Both the position numbers and the translations under genes were made by a program. Positions 42,757-52,557 of a stretch of 64,000 bases of DNA are shown here, one piece after another. How positions within the stretch are numbered: position 1 is the first letter of the stretch; each line of letters starts with the position of its first letter. The stretch comes from Escherichia phage LF82-41. Under the pieces are notes generated by a model. It saw nothing but the letters and a program-made list of their open reading frames with translations. It ran no database searches and was not told the DNA's origin. Location of the stretch: sequence record PV660463; one strand, written 5' to 3'.

Positions 42757-43935
42757 TTAGAAATATTTTTTGTATGAATTGATTACATTTTGGTCTACAT
42801 CATTATCAATTTGTGCGACAAGATAAGAACTGATTTCAACTTCCTGAGGAGCTGCTTGAACTAAATCAGAGTTCAGATATTCACGAATCCAAGGATACGG
42901 ATGCTTGGTCGGAGCATCAGTGATTGGGCATGGCAAACCGCACTGTTTCATACGAGACACAGTCAAGTAATCAACAAAAGCACACATACTCTGCGTATTG
43001 ATACCTGGACATGTACCATCTTTAAAGAGGTGTGCAGCCCATTCCTTCTCTTGACTATTTACTTCCATAAAGATATCTACTGCTTCTTGCTCACACTCTT
43101 TAGCAATTTGAACCCACTCATCACCATCAGTACCAGATTGAAGTTGACGGATAATGTACTGAGTACCCTTGAGGTGGAGTTGTTCGTCACGAGCAATGAA
43201 CTTCATAATCTTTGCATTACCTTCCATAATTTCCATATTTTTATGGAAGTTGAAAGTACATGCAAATGATACGTAAAAACGAATAGCTTCCAACGCGTTG
43301 ATTACATGGAGGCAGAGGTAAAGAGATTTCATTAGCTCACGCTTCCAATATGTCTCATGCTCAATAGCATCTTCAATAACGTCTTCGTCTGCATTAATTT
43401 CTTTTTGGTATTCGATATCAGCTTTAGCGTTTTCCCAATAACGAGTTTTAACCAGAACATCATCGTAATATTTACCTATTGATTCAGCTCGTTTCATGAT
43501 TGCTTCGTCTAATACAATCTCATCAAATACCTTAGATGGGTCTGTATAAAGATTTCGCATAATATGAGTATACGAACGAGAGTGAATAGTTTCACTGAAT
43601 GTCCATGTTGCAACCCATGTATCTAATGAAGGGTCAGAAATCAGTGCCATAAGTACCGCAGATGGGGCCCTGCCTTGGATAGAATCTAATAATGATTGAT
43701 ACTTAAGATTGTTTGTAAAGATGTCCTGTTGGAACTGAGGAAGCTTATTGAACTGCGCAGAGTCCAACATCAAGTTTACCTCTTCGGGGCGCCAGAAAAA
43801 TGAGAGAGATTTTTCAGTAAGGTCTTCAAAAACTTTATGGCGTTGAATATCATAACGCGCAATACCAAGACCAGAACCAAAGAACATCGGTTCATTCAAA
43901 ACATCGACTTGTTGTGTGTTAAAAACTGTACTCAT
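42757..43935 (-). CDS. nrdB: ribonucleotide reductase small subunit
   Basis: ATG at 43935 gives MSTVFN... as in T4 NrdB; track start 43947 is GTG; uninterrupted (no intron). Confidence 0.9.
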   Translation of the reverse strand: MSTVFNTQQVDVLNEPMFFGSGLGIARYDIQRHKVFEDLTEKSLSFFWRPEEVNLMLDSAQFNKLPQFQQDIFTNNLKYQSLLDSIQGRAPSAVLMALISDPSLDTWVATWTFSETIHSRSYTHIMRNLYTDPSKVFDEIVLDEAIMKRAESIGKYYDDVLVKTRYWENAKADIEYQKEINADEDVIEDAIEHETYWKRELMKSLYLCLHVINALEAIRFYVSFACTFNFHKNMEIMEGNAKIMKFIARDEQLHLKGTQYIIRQLQSGTDGDEWVQIAKECEQEAVDIFMEVNSQEKEWAAHLFKDGTCPGINTQSMCAFVDYLTVSRMKQCGLPCPITDAPTKHPYPWIREYLNSDLVQAAPQEVEISSYLVAQIDNDVDQNVINSYKKYF

Positions 43936-43988
43936 TATATTTCTCACTTAGTTTTAACTCATCCATGAGTAAATTATAATCAAAAGTC

Positions 43989-46244
43989 TTAAAGCTTACA
44001 AGCAGAACAATCTTCAGCTTTAGGTGTTTCTAATTCATAGTCATCTGTACCTGACCCATCACGAGTGTTATGATAGTAGAGGTTTTTTCCACCAAAGTAC
44101 CAGAAGTAAAGCAGATCGTCAAGCATTACTGACATTGGCACTTTACCTTTCTCAAATACTGCAGGGTCATAGTAAGTATTAGCAGAAGCAGATTGGCACA
44201 CCCATTTCAACATGATAGCAACTTGAGTCAAATAAGGTTTATTACCTTTCTTAGCAAGTTTCCACGCGTAGTCGTAAAGACCCATGTTATGTTCTATATT
44301 AGGAACAACCTGACGGAAGTTGCCTTCTTTAGATTCTTTAATACTCACTGGACCACGCGGCGGTTCAATCCCGTTTGTAGAGTTAGATACTTGACTGCTT
44401 GACTCACAAGGCATGAGTGCAGACAACGTTGAGTTACGAATTCCATGTTCTTTGAGTTCAGCTCGAAGTTCTTCCCAGTCACAGACGTAGTTCGGGGCTG
44501 CGATTTGGTCAATTTTTTTATTGTACCAGTCGATAGGTAATTCGCCTCTAGACCATTTAGTGTCTGAATAATACTCACAAGGTCCTTTTTCTTTGGCAAG
44601 TTTGATTGACGCTTTGATAAGGCCATATTGTAATCTCTCAAACAATTCATGAGTCAAATCGTTAGCATCTTCGTATGAAGCAAAGTTAGAAGCTAACCAG
44701 GCTGCATAGTTAGTAACACCAATACCAAGATTACGACGCTTTTTAGCTTTTAAAGCTTCTGGAACCGGATAGTCTTGATAGTCTAACAGGTTATCAAGTG
44801 CACGTACTTGTACTTCGGCCAGTTCATTAATTTTATCTTGGTCTTGCCAATCAAATTTATCTAATACAAAAGCAGATAACGTACATAAACCAATTTCAGC
44901 ATCAGGACCATTCACATCATTAGTTGGAATAGCGATTTCACAACATAAGTTACTTTGACGAATTGGAGCTTTTTCACGAATAAATGGAGTGTAGTTATTC
45001 GTGTTATCAACAAACTGTGGATAAATTCGAGCAGTACCAGAACGTTCAGTCATGAACAATTCAAAGAGTTCTAGTGCTTTGATTCTTTTCTTTCTGATTG
45101 TTGGGTCTTTTTCAGCTTTCTCATAAAGCTCACGGAATTTATCTTGATCTTCAAAGAACGAGTAATATAGTTCGCCTGACATTTCGTGAGGGCTAAATAA
45201 AGTAATATAATCATTTTTACCAAGGCGTTCCATCATAAGGTCATTAATCTGAATTCCGTAGTCCATATGTCGAATACGGTTTTCATCCACGCCTTTGTTA
45301 TTTTTCAGAACTAATAGGTTCTCTACTTCTAAGTGCCACATCGGATAATACGCTGTAGCAGCACCACCACGAATACCACCTTGAGAACAAGATTTTACTG
45401 CAGTTTGGAAATGTTTCCAGAACGGAATAACACCAGTATGTCGAACTTCACCCATACCGATCTTAGAACCTTCTGCACGAAGCATACCAACGTTGATACC
45501 AATACCAGCTCGTTTAGAAATATATTCAATAATTGATGCCGAAGTTTTGTTAATAGATTTTAACGAATCACCAGCTTCAATAACTACACAACTAGAGAAC
45601 TGGCGAGTTGGAGTACGAGCACCTGCCATAATTGGAGTAGGCAATGAAACTTGATGAGTAGAAACGGCATCATAAAAACGAATAATATGTTTCAAACGGT
45701 CATGAGTTTCATCCTGATGTAAGGCCATGCCAATAGCCATGATAGCAAACTGTGGAGTTTCATAAATCTTCCCAGTTGTTTTATCTTTAACTAGATATTT
45801 TTCTTTAAGCTGCATAGCACCAGCATAAGTCAGGTCAAAGTCTCGTTCATGTTTAATCTGTGAATCGAGATAAATGATTTCTTCTGCTGAATATTGAGAC
45901 AACAGCTCAGGGTCGTATTTGCCTTCATTAACACAATAAGAAATATGGTCGATAAAAGCAGGCGGTTCAAACTGCCCATACACATCTTTACGAAGTGCAA
46001 ACATTAATCCTTTAGCGGCAACATATTGATAGTCAGGTTCTTCGACAGAAATCAAGTTAGCTGCAACTTTAATACAAATCTTCTGGATATCTTTGGTACT
46101 CATCCCATCAACCAGATGAGTCTTAATTTCTTCATACAATTCGTATGGGTCGATTTGTGTTCCTTCACACTGCCAAGTTAAGACTTGAATAATTTTCTGT
46201 GCATCAAAATTTTGGGATACACCACTGCTCTTAGTTACTTGCAT
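43989..46244 (-). CDS. nrdA: ribonucleotide reductase large subunit
   Basis: 751 aa; T4 NrdA-like throughout. Confidence 0.95.
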   Translation of the reverse strand: MQVTKSSGVSQNFDAQKIIQVLTWQCEGTQIDPYELYEEIKTHLVDGMSTKDIQKICIKVAANLISVEEPDYQYVAAKGLMFALRKDVYGQFEPPAFIDHISYCVNEGKYDPELLSQYSAEEIIYLDSQIKHERDFDLTYAGAMQLKEKYLVKDKTTGKIYETPQFAIMAIGMALHQDETHDRLKHIIRFYDAVSTHQVSLPTPIMAGARTPTRQFSSCVVIEAGDSLKSINKTSASIIEYISKRAGIGINVGMLRAEGSKIGMGEVRHTGVIPFWKHFQTAVKSCSQGGIRGGAATAYYPMWHLEVENLLVLKNNKGVDENRIRHMDYGIQINDLMMERLGKNDYITLFSPHEMSGELYYSFFEDQDKFRELYEKAEKDPTIRKKRIKALELFELFMTERSGTARIYPQFVDNTNNYTPFIREKAPIRQSNLCCEIAIPTNDVNGPDAEIGLCTLSAFVLDKFDWQDQDKINELAEVQVRALDNLLDYQDYPVPEALKAKKRRNLGIGVTNYAAWLASNFASYEDANDLTHELFERLQYGLIKASIKLAKEKGPCEYYSDTKWSRGELPIDWYNKKIDQIAAPNYVCDWEELRAELKEHGIRNSTLSALMPCESSSQVSNSTNGIEPPRGPVSIKESKEGNFRQVVPNIEHNMGLYDYAWKLAKKGNKPYLTQVAIMLKWVCQSASANTYYDPAVFEKGKVPMSVMLDDLLYFWYFGGKNLYYHNTRDGSGTDDYELETPKAEDCSACKL

Positions 46245-46280
46245 ATATTCCTCAGTATAGGTTGATAGACATTACTCCAA

Positions 46281-46301
46281 ACGGGATAGTATTTATCCCG
46301 T
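46281..46301. repeat. 8-bp inverted repeat hairpin upstream of nrdA
   Basis: ACGGGATA-gtatt-TATCCCGT. Confidence 0.7.
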
Positions 46302-46331
46302 TAATTTATTATACACTTTTAAACTGAAGCG

Positions 46332-46586
46332 TTAATTATCCTCAGCAATAATTTCTTCATATTCTTTAGGAGTCAAGACTGTAATATCGAAATAAACCAG
46401 AGGCTCTTTTTCCATACCGAATCCACCACAGAATTCACGATATTCATAAATTCGTTCATGTGAATGGCAAATGAATCGTTCACCTTTAACTGTGATTTCA
46501 CTATTCGGTGAAGGGATATCCAGTTCACTCGGATTTTTCATTTCAAAAATTGTGGTGCCATATGAATTAATAAAACGTAAAATCAT
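46332..46586 (-). CDS. hypothetical protein, 84 aa
   Basis: ATG at 46586 just after td stop; track start 46649 is GTG inside td. Confidence 0.5.
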   Translation of the reverse strand: MILRFINSYGTTIFEMKNPSELDIPSPNSEITVKGERFICHSHERIYEYREFCGGFGMEKEPLVYFDITVLTPKEYEEIIAEDN

Positions 46587-46587
46587 T

Positions 46588-47448
46588 TTATACCGCCATT
46601 TTAGCTTTGATAGCTGGATGTGATTCGTAATTTTTAAGAATGAAATCACTCGGATTCATATGCTCTGTTACCCAATGAAGCTGTAGTGTCGTGCTCCAAT
46701 CAGAGAATCCTTCAGGCCAATCAATTTTAAGTTCACACAGTTCTTTAGGCTCACGACGAAGAACTTCTTTGCATTGTTCTACATGATTGCTGTAGATATG
46801 CGTGTTGCCGCCTGAGAACACTAAATCGCCCGGGATAAGATTACACATCTTAGCTACAATATGAGTCAAGGCAGCGTACGAGGCAATGTTGAACGGCAAA
46901 CCCAAGAAAACATCTACACTGCGTTGATACCATTGTAAATCAAGATGTCCATTACGCACATTGAACTGATAGAACATATGGCAAGGAGGAAGAGCCATTT
47001 GATTTATTTCGGCCGGATTCCAGGCAGAAACAATTTGACGACGATCAGTTGGTAATTTTTTAATACGGTCGATTGTTTCAACTAATTGGTCCACACCACC
47101 GAAATCACGCCATTGTTTACCATATATAGGACCAAGTTCACCACTATGATAACCGAGGTCTTTTGCCTGATTTTCGTAATTATCGTCCCAAATAGTTTTA
47201 CCTTCAATTAGACTACCATGAGTACGAAGACGTAATTCATTAACATTAGTAGAACCGGACATGAACCACAGTAACTCGGCAATACAAGCTTTCCATGCTA
47301 ATTTCTTAGTTGTTACTGCAGGGAATCCTTTAGTCAGGTCCCAACGTAATTTAGTTCCGAACAGGGCAATTGTTCCTGTGCCTGTACGGTCGTCTGTTTC
47401 GTAGCCATTTTCTAGGATATCATTAATCAGGTATTGGTATTGTTTCAT
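46588..47448 (-). CDS. td: thymidylate synthase
   Basis: 286 aa; catalytic Cys in LPPCHMFYQF; contiguous, no group I intron. Confidence 0.95.
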   Translation of the reverse strand: MKQYQYLINDILENGYETDDRTGTGTIALFGTKLRWDLTKGFPAVTTKKLAWKACIAELLWFMSGSTNVNELRLRTHGSLIEGKTIWDDNYENQAKDLGYHSGELGPIYGKQWRDFGGVDQLVETIDRIKKLPTDRRQIVSAWNPAEINQMALPPCHMFYQFNVRNGHLDLQWYQRSVDVFLGLPFNIASYAALTHIVAKMCNLIPGDLVFSGGNTHIYSNHVEQCKEVLRREPKELCELKIDWPEGFSDWSTTLQLHWVTEHMNPSDFILKNYESHPAIKAKMAV

Positions 47449-48032
47449 TTATATACGCTCTCAGTAATTTCGGTGAGTTCATCGATTCTGTAGTAATGAG
47501 ATTCTACCATAGAACGTTGAAGCATAATATCTTGGATGAAATCTTTATCAAGTTGAACATCGGAATTAACACGACATTTCTTAATGATTTTAGTCATCAC
47601 AATTTCATCGGCATAAGGCAGTGCTTGTTTTAATAAGGCAGAACCGCCGATAACAGATACATCAACATGTTCAGTAGAAAGTTTAAACGGTACGTCTGTT
47701 GAAGGGCCGAACAAGTTAATTTCACTACCAGTCACCAGGGTAATAAATTCTGCTTGGGTGATATAGAACCGTGCAAGTTCGTCGCTTTTAGTCCTAGGCA
47801 GTTTTCTGGCCATATCAGTGACAACCACATGAGTACGATCTGGTAGTAGACGAGGTAATGATGCAAAAGTCTTAGCACCCATAACCAATACAGTGTTTTT
47901 AGTGCGAGCAACAAAGTTACTCATATCTTGTTTGATATGCTTCCACGGCAGTCCATCACCTAATCCAAAAGCATATTCCAGTTTATCATCAACTGTTTTA
48001 GATGGTGCGCATGCGAATACCAATTTAAGCAT
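47445..48032 (-). CDS. frd: dihydrofolate reductase
   Basis: 195 aa; T4 Frd-like; 4-nt overlap with td. Confidence 0.9.
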   Translation of the reverse strand: MLKLVFACAPSKTVDDKLEYAFGLGDGLPWKHIKQDMSNFVARTKNTVLVMGAKTFASLPRLLPDRTHVVVTDMARKLPRTKSDELARFYITQAEFITLVTGSEINLFGPSTDVPFKLSTEHVDVSVIGGSALLKQALPYADEIVMTKIIKKCRVNSDVQLDKDFIQDIMLQRSMVESHYYRIDELTEITESVYK

Positions 48033-48270
48033 CTTTAAGCCCTTTAATAACTTTTTGGATTTGTGATTTTGATGAAACTAAATCACACTGGATTTGGCAA
48101 CCATCGGCAGGGTCAAATGTTGTAACGCAAACACGTGCTGGCATGGTGTATTCGTCAGACAAATCGAATGCATCAGCAATATATTTGGCTAAATCCGGGT
48201 GGTCTAAATTGACCGAAGTATAAACTTCATATCCGTCATCACCCTTGGAGTATTCAACAACAATAATCAT
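48025..48270 (-). CDS. hypothetical protein, 81 aa
   Basis: ORF-track ORF overlapping frd start. Confidence 0.55.
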   Translation of the reverse strand: MIIVVEYSKGDDGYEVYTSVNLDHPDLAKYIADAFDLSDEYTMPARVCVTTFDPADGCQIQCDLVSSKSQIQKVIKGLKDA

Positions 48271-48272
48271 TT

Positions 48273-48464
48273 TTATTTCCTCAGATATTTTTTGACCATA
48301 TAGTATTGGAATTCAAACATTCTTGAATCAATAACAAAAATTTGTTTTCTTGGGCATTCATTTAATCGTACAGCTGAACACCCAAACGCAAGTTCATGAT
48401 ATTGTTTCTTTTCTATTTCTGAAAGGAAAGTTCTAAGATAACGGAAAAATAGACAGTTAATCAT
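48273..48464 (-). CDS. hypothetical protein, 63 aa
   Basis: ORF-track ORF. Confidence 0.5.
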   Translation of the reverse strand: MINCLFFRYLRTFLSEIEKKQYHELAFGCSAVRLNECPRKQIFVIDSRMFEFQYYMVKKYLRK

Positions 48465-48466
48465 AA

Positions 48467-48715
48467 TTATTTCCTCAGATTTTTCTTAACAACTTTCCAA
48501 TCGGCTTTAAACGATTCAACATCAGAATGGTGAATCCAGAATCCTGCGCTTTCACCATCTTCGTAGAGTGGACATCCATCACATTCTTCATTCCATCCCA
48601 TTTCACGTAAAGCTTCTTCAGCTTGTTCAAGGAGTTCAGCATCTTTACCAACAACGTTGAAGTACCATTTACCTCTAACTTCAGAATCTTTGATGCTCTG
48701 TCGTTGCAATCTCAT
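48467..48715 (-). CDS. hypothetical protein, 82 aa
   Basis: ATG at 48715 with AAGGAG RBS; longer track ORF would run through a 10-bp stem hairpin. Confidence 0.55.
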   Translation of the reverse strand: MRLQRQSIKDSEVRGKWYFNVVGKDAELLEQAEEALREMGWNEECDGCPLYEDGESAGFWIHHSDVESFKADWKVVKKNLRK

Positions 48716-48738
48716 TTTATTCTCCTTCACTTTTGATT

Positions 48739-48766
48739 TGATAGGGCTACTATAACATAGCCCTAT
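48739..48766. repeat. perfect 10-bp inverted repeat with 8-nt loop
   Basis: GATAGGGCTA-ctataaca-TAGCCCTATC in intergenic region; loop resembles an extended -10. Confidence 0.8.
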
Positions 48767-48777
48767 CTGATTGTACA

Positions 48778-49164
48778 CTACTTTTTAAAAGTTTTTTGCA
48801 AAAGTTTGATGATTTCGTCGACGTTGGTTTCATCTACAATACAATGGATTTTTGTTACACCTAAAGTTATACCTTCGTTAGTAGATTGTGGCTTTTCTAA
48901 AGTTACCTCAGTAAAGTATTTGAATTCTTCAGAGTAAATCTCAAAATACGTCTCAAGTGGGCCACCAGCCATGTATTCAGTGCCGTCTTCCATAGTTACA
49001 CGTACCACACAGTCACCAGCACAATCATCACTTTCCATTTCATCTACAACAAAACTAGGTCCGTGCTTCTCTATTAAATTTAGCATCATTACATTGCAAC
49101 GGCACTCGTTAGCAAAGTCATCTTTAAATAAAGGGTTAATGATATAAGATTTTCCGATTTCCAT
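48778..49164 (-). CDS. hypothetical protein, 128 aa
   Basis: ORF-track ORF; ATG with GAGG RBS downstream of early promoter cassette. Confidence 0.6.
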   Translation of the reverse strand: MEIGKSYIINPLFKDDFANECRCNVMMLNLIEKHGPSFVVDEMESDDCAGDCVVRVTMEDGTEYMAGGPLETYFEIYSEEFKYFTEVTLEKPQSTNEGITLGVTKIHCIVDETNVDEIIKLLQKTFKK

Positions 49165-49193
49165 TTTGATTTCCTCATGTTGTTGATAAGTCT

Positions 49194-49222
49194 ATACTAA
49201 CACATCCAGGGAAGAAGTAAAC
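49194..49222 (-). promoter_or_regulatory. early promoter GTTTAC-N17-TAGTAT
   Basis: Cassette copy between gene 32 and ORF 48778-49164. Confidence 0.55.
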
Positions 49223-49253
49223 AACTTTTTCAGCAATTTACAGATACTCAAAA

Positions 49254-49271
49254 GGGAGACCGAAGTCTCCC
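49254..49271 (-). terminator. rho-independent terminator after gene 32
   Basis: Minus-strand GGGAGAC-UUCG-GUCUCCC followed by UUUUGAG. Confidence 0.65.
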
Positions 49272-49277
49272 AATTTA

Positions 49278-50177
49278 TTATAGACCAGCTAACAGGTCAT
49301 CGAGGTCGCCATCGTCAGAAGACGAGGAACTCATGAAGTCATCTTCAGTTTTTGCAGAACTAAAGGCTTCCATGTCTTTATCAAAATCGTCAAGGTCGGA
49401 AGCAACTTTATCTGCAACAGAAGCTGCTGCGGCTGCTGCACCACCAAGAGCGGCAGTGCCAAGAACCTTAGCGAAAGATTCATTTAATTTTTCAAAGGAT
49501 TTGAACTGGTCTTTAGCCGTCAAAGTAGTAAGGTCTACCATCTGGTCATATAGTTCTTTCTGGAATGCTTCGTCATTAATACGAGGAATTTCAGATTGAC
49601 CCAAGAATTTAGATTCGTCGTAGTTGCTAAAACCAGAAACCTGCTTAGCTTTCAGAACGAAGTTGGCACCTTCAAACGGGCAAGTAACATCAACCGGAGT
49701 TTCACCCATTTCGGTATCAACTGCAATCATTGCATTGATTTTGTCCCAAATCTTTTTACCGAAACGATATTTAAATACTTTACCTTCATTATCTGGAGCT
49801 TGAGGGTCTTTAACAACCAGAATATTAGCCCAATAAGAAGTTTTACGTTTCAGTTGAGAATATTCAGTTTTGTTGGTATTGTACAGGTCATTTTTACTAA
49901 TGTACTGACATACAGGACAAGAGTCGTAATCACCATGTGTAGAAGAGCAATTTTCAATATACCATTTACCATTTTTCTTGAAACCGTGGTTAACAAGAAT
50001 TGCAAATGGTAGTGCGTCATCAGTTTTTGCTGGCAGGAAACGAATTACCGCTTGACCATTACCTGATGCATCTAGCTTCAGCTTCCATTCGCCTTTATCT
50101 TCTGAAGAGAAACCTTTGTTACCGTTCAGTTTAGCCATTTGAGCAGCGAGGTCAGCAGTAGATTTACGTTTAAACAT
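49278..50177 (-). CDS. 32: single-stranded DNA-binding protein gp32
   Basis: 299 aa; T4 gp32-like including acidic C-terminus; structured AU-rich leader upstream. Confidence 0.95.
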   Translation of the reverse strand: MFKRKSTADLAAQMAKLNGNKGFSSEDKGEWKLKLDASGNGQAVIRFLPAKTDDALPFAILVNHGFKKNGKWYIENCSSTHGDYDSCPVCQYISKNDLYNTNKTEYSQLKRKTSYWANILVVKDPQAPDNEGKVFKYRFGKKIWDKINAMIAVDTEMGETPVDVTCPFEGANFVLKAKQVSGFSNYDESKFLGQSEIPRINDEAFQKELYDQMVDLTTLTAKDQFKSFEKLNESFAKVLGTAALGGAAAAAASVADKVASDLDDFDKDMEAFSSAKTEDDFMSSSSSDDGDLDDLLAGL

Positions 50178-50250
50178 TATATTTACCTTTATTTAGATTA
50201 TTTAAATTATTTACAGTTGGTTACTACGACACTTATACCTCGTAGCTGGT
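50178..50250 (-). promoter_or_regulatory. gene 32 5' leader: stem-loop plus AU-rich repeats (putative gp32 translational operator)
   Basis: 6-bp stem CUACGA/UCGUAG (50224-50245), then repeated UAAAUAAU-type tracts before the ATG. Confidence 0.5.
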
Positions 50251-50256
50251 ATGATT

Positions 50257-50264
50257 TATTTATA
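50257..50264 (-). promoter_or_regulatory. late promoter TATAAATA on minus strand (gene 32)
   Basis: Forward tatttata ~80 nt upstream of gene 32 ATG. Confidence 0.6.
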
Positions 50265-50293
50265 AAGTAATTTTAACACACAAGAAATAAAGC

Positions 50294-50947
50294 TTAATAC
50301 TTACATGATTTGATTGTTTCTATGAACAATTTCTTAGCAGCATTTCCATCGATTTGAAGTATTTTTCGATATGCCTTTAATTTGGTAGAATAATTTTGCC
50401 AGACTAAATTGTCGGTGAGTTCGTCGTGCTTATCTATAATATTCAAGAATGAATCCAACAACAAGAAGGTTTCAAATGAAATTATATTGCTTTGTAGCAA
50501 TTTAAATATGTAGCTCGACTGAACTTTATTATTATAATCAAATATCTCTTGAAGCGCACTAACTTCCACTTTCTTACTGAAATAGTAGATGTTACGTACA
50601 TCTTCAGCAAACGTCTCCTTGGCTTGTTTGAGTCGTCCAATATATTCCCTATAGAAAACTAATGCATCAGCGTCTGATATCTCACCAATCCATGCGTCTT
50701 GGTTAGCAACTAAGTTGCTTATGAATATCAAGGTGAGTTCCTTCAATTTATATTTCTCTGCTAGTTTTTCAAAGAAATATTTATCTCGGCGTTTTTGATA
50801 CGCATTATCCGAAACACGCATGCACCAGTTATATTTGATTACGTCATACCGACCACCAAAATGGTTTTTGCACATCAAGTATAGTTTGTATACCGATTTT
50901 CCATTAATATAACGTTCTCCATCAGGAGGCATACGTATTTTAATCAT
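50294..50947 (-). CDS. 59: helicase loader gp59
   Basis: 217 aa as in T4 gp59. Confidence 0.9.
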   Translation of the reverse strand: MIKIRMPPDGERYINGKSVYKLYLMCKNHFGGRYDVIKYNWCMRVSDNAYQKRRDKYFFEKLAEKYKLKELTLIFISNLVANQDAWIGEISDADALVFYREYIGRLKQAKETFAEDVRNIYYFSKKVEVSALQEIFDYNNKVQSSYIFKLLQSNIISFETFLLLDSFLNIIDKHDELTDNLVWQNYSTKLKAYRKILQIDGNAAKKLFIETIKSCKY

Positions 50948-51282
50948 AATAAGAAATCTAACGTATTAGTTTTTTCACCACGAGCAACTGATGGGCGAAG
51001 CATGTTTTCGTCAATTGCTTCGCTTGTAATTTTTTCAACAATTCCTGTAGGAATAAATTTAGCAAATTGTGTTTCTGGAATAGAATTTTCTTCTAAGAAA
51101 GCAGTTGTTGCTTCTAAATAAGACATACCAAATTGTTCAACCATAGATTCGATAATGAATCCGTTTTCTTGCCGGTCAAGCAATTTAGCGATATCATCTT
51201 TATCATGTTTTACTGCTAATTCTTGTTCAGATAAACCGGCCTCATCAACCGGTTTAATATCACTTAGTGAAAACTGTGTCAT
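50944..51282 (-). CDS. 33: late transcription co-activator gp33
   Basis: 112 aa as in T4 gp33. Confidence 0.9.
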   Translation of the reverse strand: MTQFSLSDIKPVDEAGLSEQELAVKHDKDDIAKLLDRQENGFIIESMVEQFGMSYLEATTAFLEENSIPETQFAKFIPTGIVEKITSEAIDENMLRPSVARGEKTNTLDFLL

Positions 51283-51529
51283 AAAGCTCGACTACCTCTT
51301 CGTTTTCAGCTTCAAATTGATCACGAGCGTCTTTATGATAAAGAGCTAACAAACGATTAAACATTTTTCCATCGACACCAAGCTCTTCTTTAGCACGAGT
51401 ACGAATGTCTTTAATCAGTTCATTATAACCAGAAATTTTAAGTTTGTTATCGGAAGCTTCCTTGACTAGTTTAGCCAGTTCTTCACCATGCACATCTTGA
51501 TTAAATTCAACTGCTTCTTTCTTAGCCAT
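51260..51529 (-). CDS. dsbA: double-stranded DNA-binding protein DsbA
   Basis: ATG at 51529 with GAGG RBS gives 89 aa MAKKEAVEF... as in T4 DsbA; track ORF is 6 codons longer. Confidence 0.85.
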   Translation of the reverse strand: MAKKEAVEFNQDVHGEELAKLVKEASDNKLKISGYNELIKDIRTRAKEELGVDGKMFNRLLALYHKDARDQFEAENEEVVELYDTVFTK

Positions 51530-51536
51530 GTTTACC

Positions 51537-52454
51537 TCAGAATTCATTAATTACACTTGTTAATTTAGAAAGACCAGATTTTACAAAGTATGAATAAATC
51601 TTGCCTTTAGGTTGTTGTTTATACGAGTTATAATACTCTATAATGGTTGAAGCAATATTATCAGGGATATAATCAAAATCAATGAGAACCAAATTTTCTT
51701 GATACCGTTTATATTCTTCTGCACTTAATAATACTTCAGCTTGAGAACGGTCATTGGCAATTGCTTCAATAATCGTCGTTTTCATGCTCGGAGTTCGTTC
51801 ACCATCAACTCGAGTAAACCAGAAGTCACCACGAACTCGAACAGATGCAACGCCATCTTTACGGTCACCTTTAAGAATTTTAGTCATGCAATCAATTTCA
51901 GCAGAACCGTTCTTAATTTTAACCCATTTTTTCTGTGGTGGCGACCACTGTTTAACGTTAGGGTATTTGTGTAATTGTGTAAAGTCACCGTCTGATGCAA
52001 CAATACATACCTTATGACCGGCTAATGACAAATATTTAGTTAATACACCGATATGGTCATCCGCTTCATACTTATCAATATCCATTACAACGTATGGCAT
52101 GTATTTCTTAATCTCATCAACAACTTGGCGGAGTGCAGTAAAATATCCTTCCCAATCCCACTTTGAAGCTTCACGATCGGTTTTACGATTTTTCTTGTAA
52201 TAGTAAGCAAAATCACGTCGCCAATAACCTGAAGTAGCATTATCCATACACAATACAAATTTTGTATAGCCTTGCTTACGGAACATCACTACGTTTTTAC
52301 GAATTGAATTCAAGATTACATGACGAACCATCGGAACAGTAATTTTATCGCCGTCTTCAAAGTTGTTTAATGCAGCTGCCAATGCAATGTTACTAAAGTC
52401 GGCAAGTGCAATACCTTCTTTGTAATCTTCATCCAACATCATTTCTAAATCCAT
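51537..52454 (-). CDS. rnh: RNase H (5'-3' exonuclease)
   Basis: 305 aa as in T4 RNase H; early promoter and AAGAGG RBS upstream. Confidence 0.9.
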   Translation of the reverse strand: MDLEMMLDEDYKEGIALADFSNIALAAALNNFEDGDKITVPMVRHVILNSIRKNVVMFRKQGYTKFVLCMDNATSGYWRRDFAYYYKKNRKTDREASKWDWEGYFTALRQVVDEIKKYMPYVVMDIDKYEADDHIGVLTKYLSLAGHKVCIVASDGDFTQLHKYPNVKQWSPPQKKWVKIKNGSAEIDCMTKILKGDRKDGVASVRVRGDFWFTRVDGERTPSMKTTIIEAIANDRSQAEVLLSAEEYKRYQENLVLIDFDYIPDNIASTIIEYYNSYKQQPKGKIYSYFVKSGLSKLTSVINEF

Positions 52455-52486
52455 ATGAACCTCTTGTTCAGTTAGTCAACTTGTCT

Positions 52487-52516
52487 ATAGTAACACACTC
52501 ATTTGAAAGCGTAAAC
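52487..52516 (-). promoter_or_regulatory. early promoter GTTTAC-N18-TACTAT upstream of rnh
   Basis: Cassette copy; back-to-back with gene 34 late promoter. Confidence 0.55.
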
Positions 52517-52519
52517 TGG

Positions 52520-52527
52520 TATAAATA
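52520..52527 (+). promoter_or_regulatory. late promoter TATAAATA (gene 34)
   Basis: Exact TATAAATA 31 nt upstream of gene 34 ATG. Confidence 0.7.
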
Positions 52528-52557
52528 AGTATTATTGAAACAATAAAGGAAAAACGA

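Noticed and set aside
46588-47448. Group I intron or homing endonuclease interrupting td (and similarly nrdB)
   Set aside because: Both genes are single uninterrupted ORFs of the expected length.
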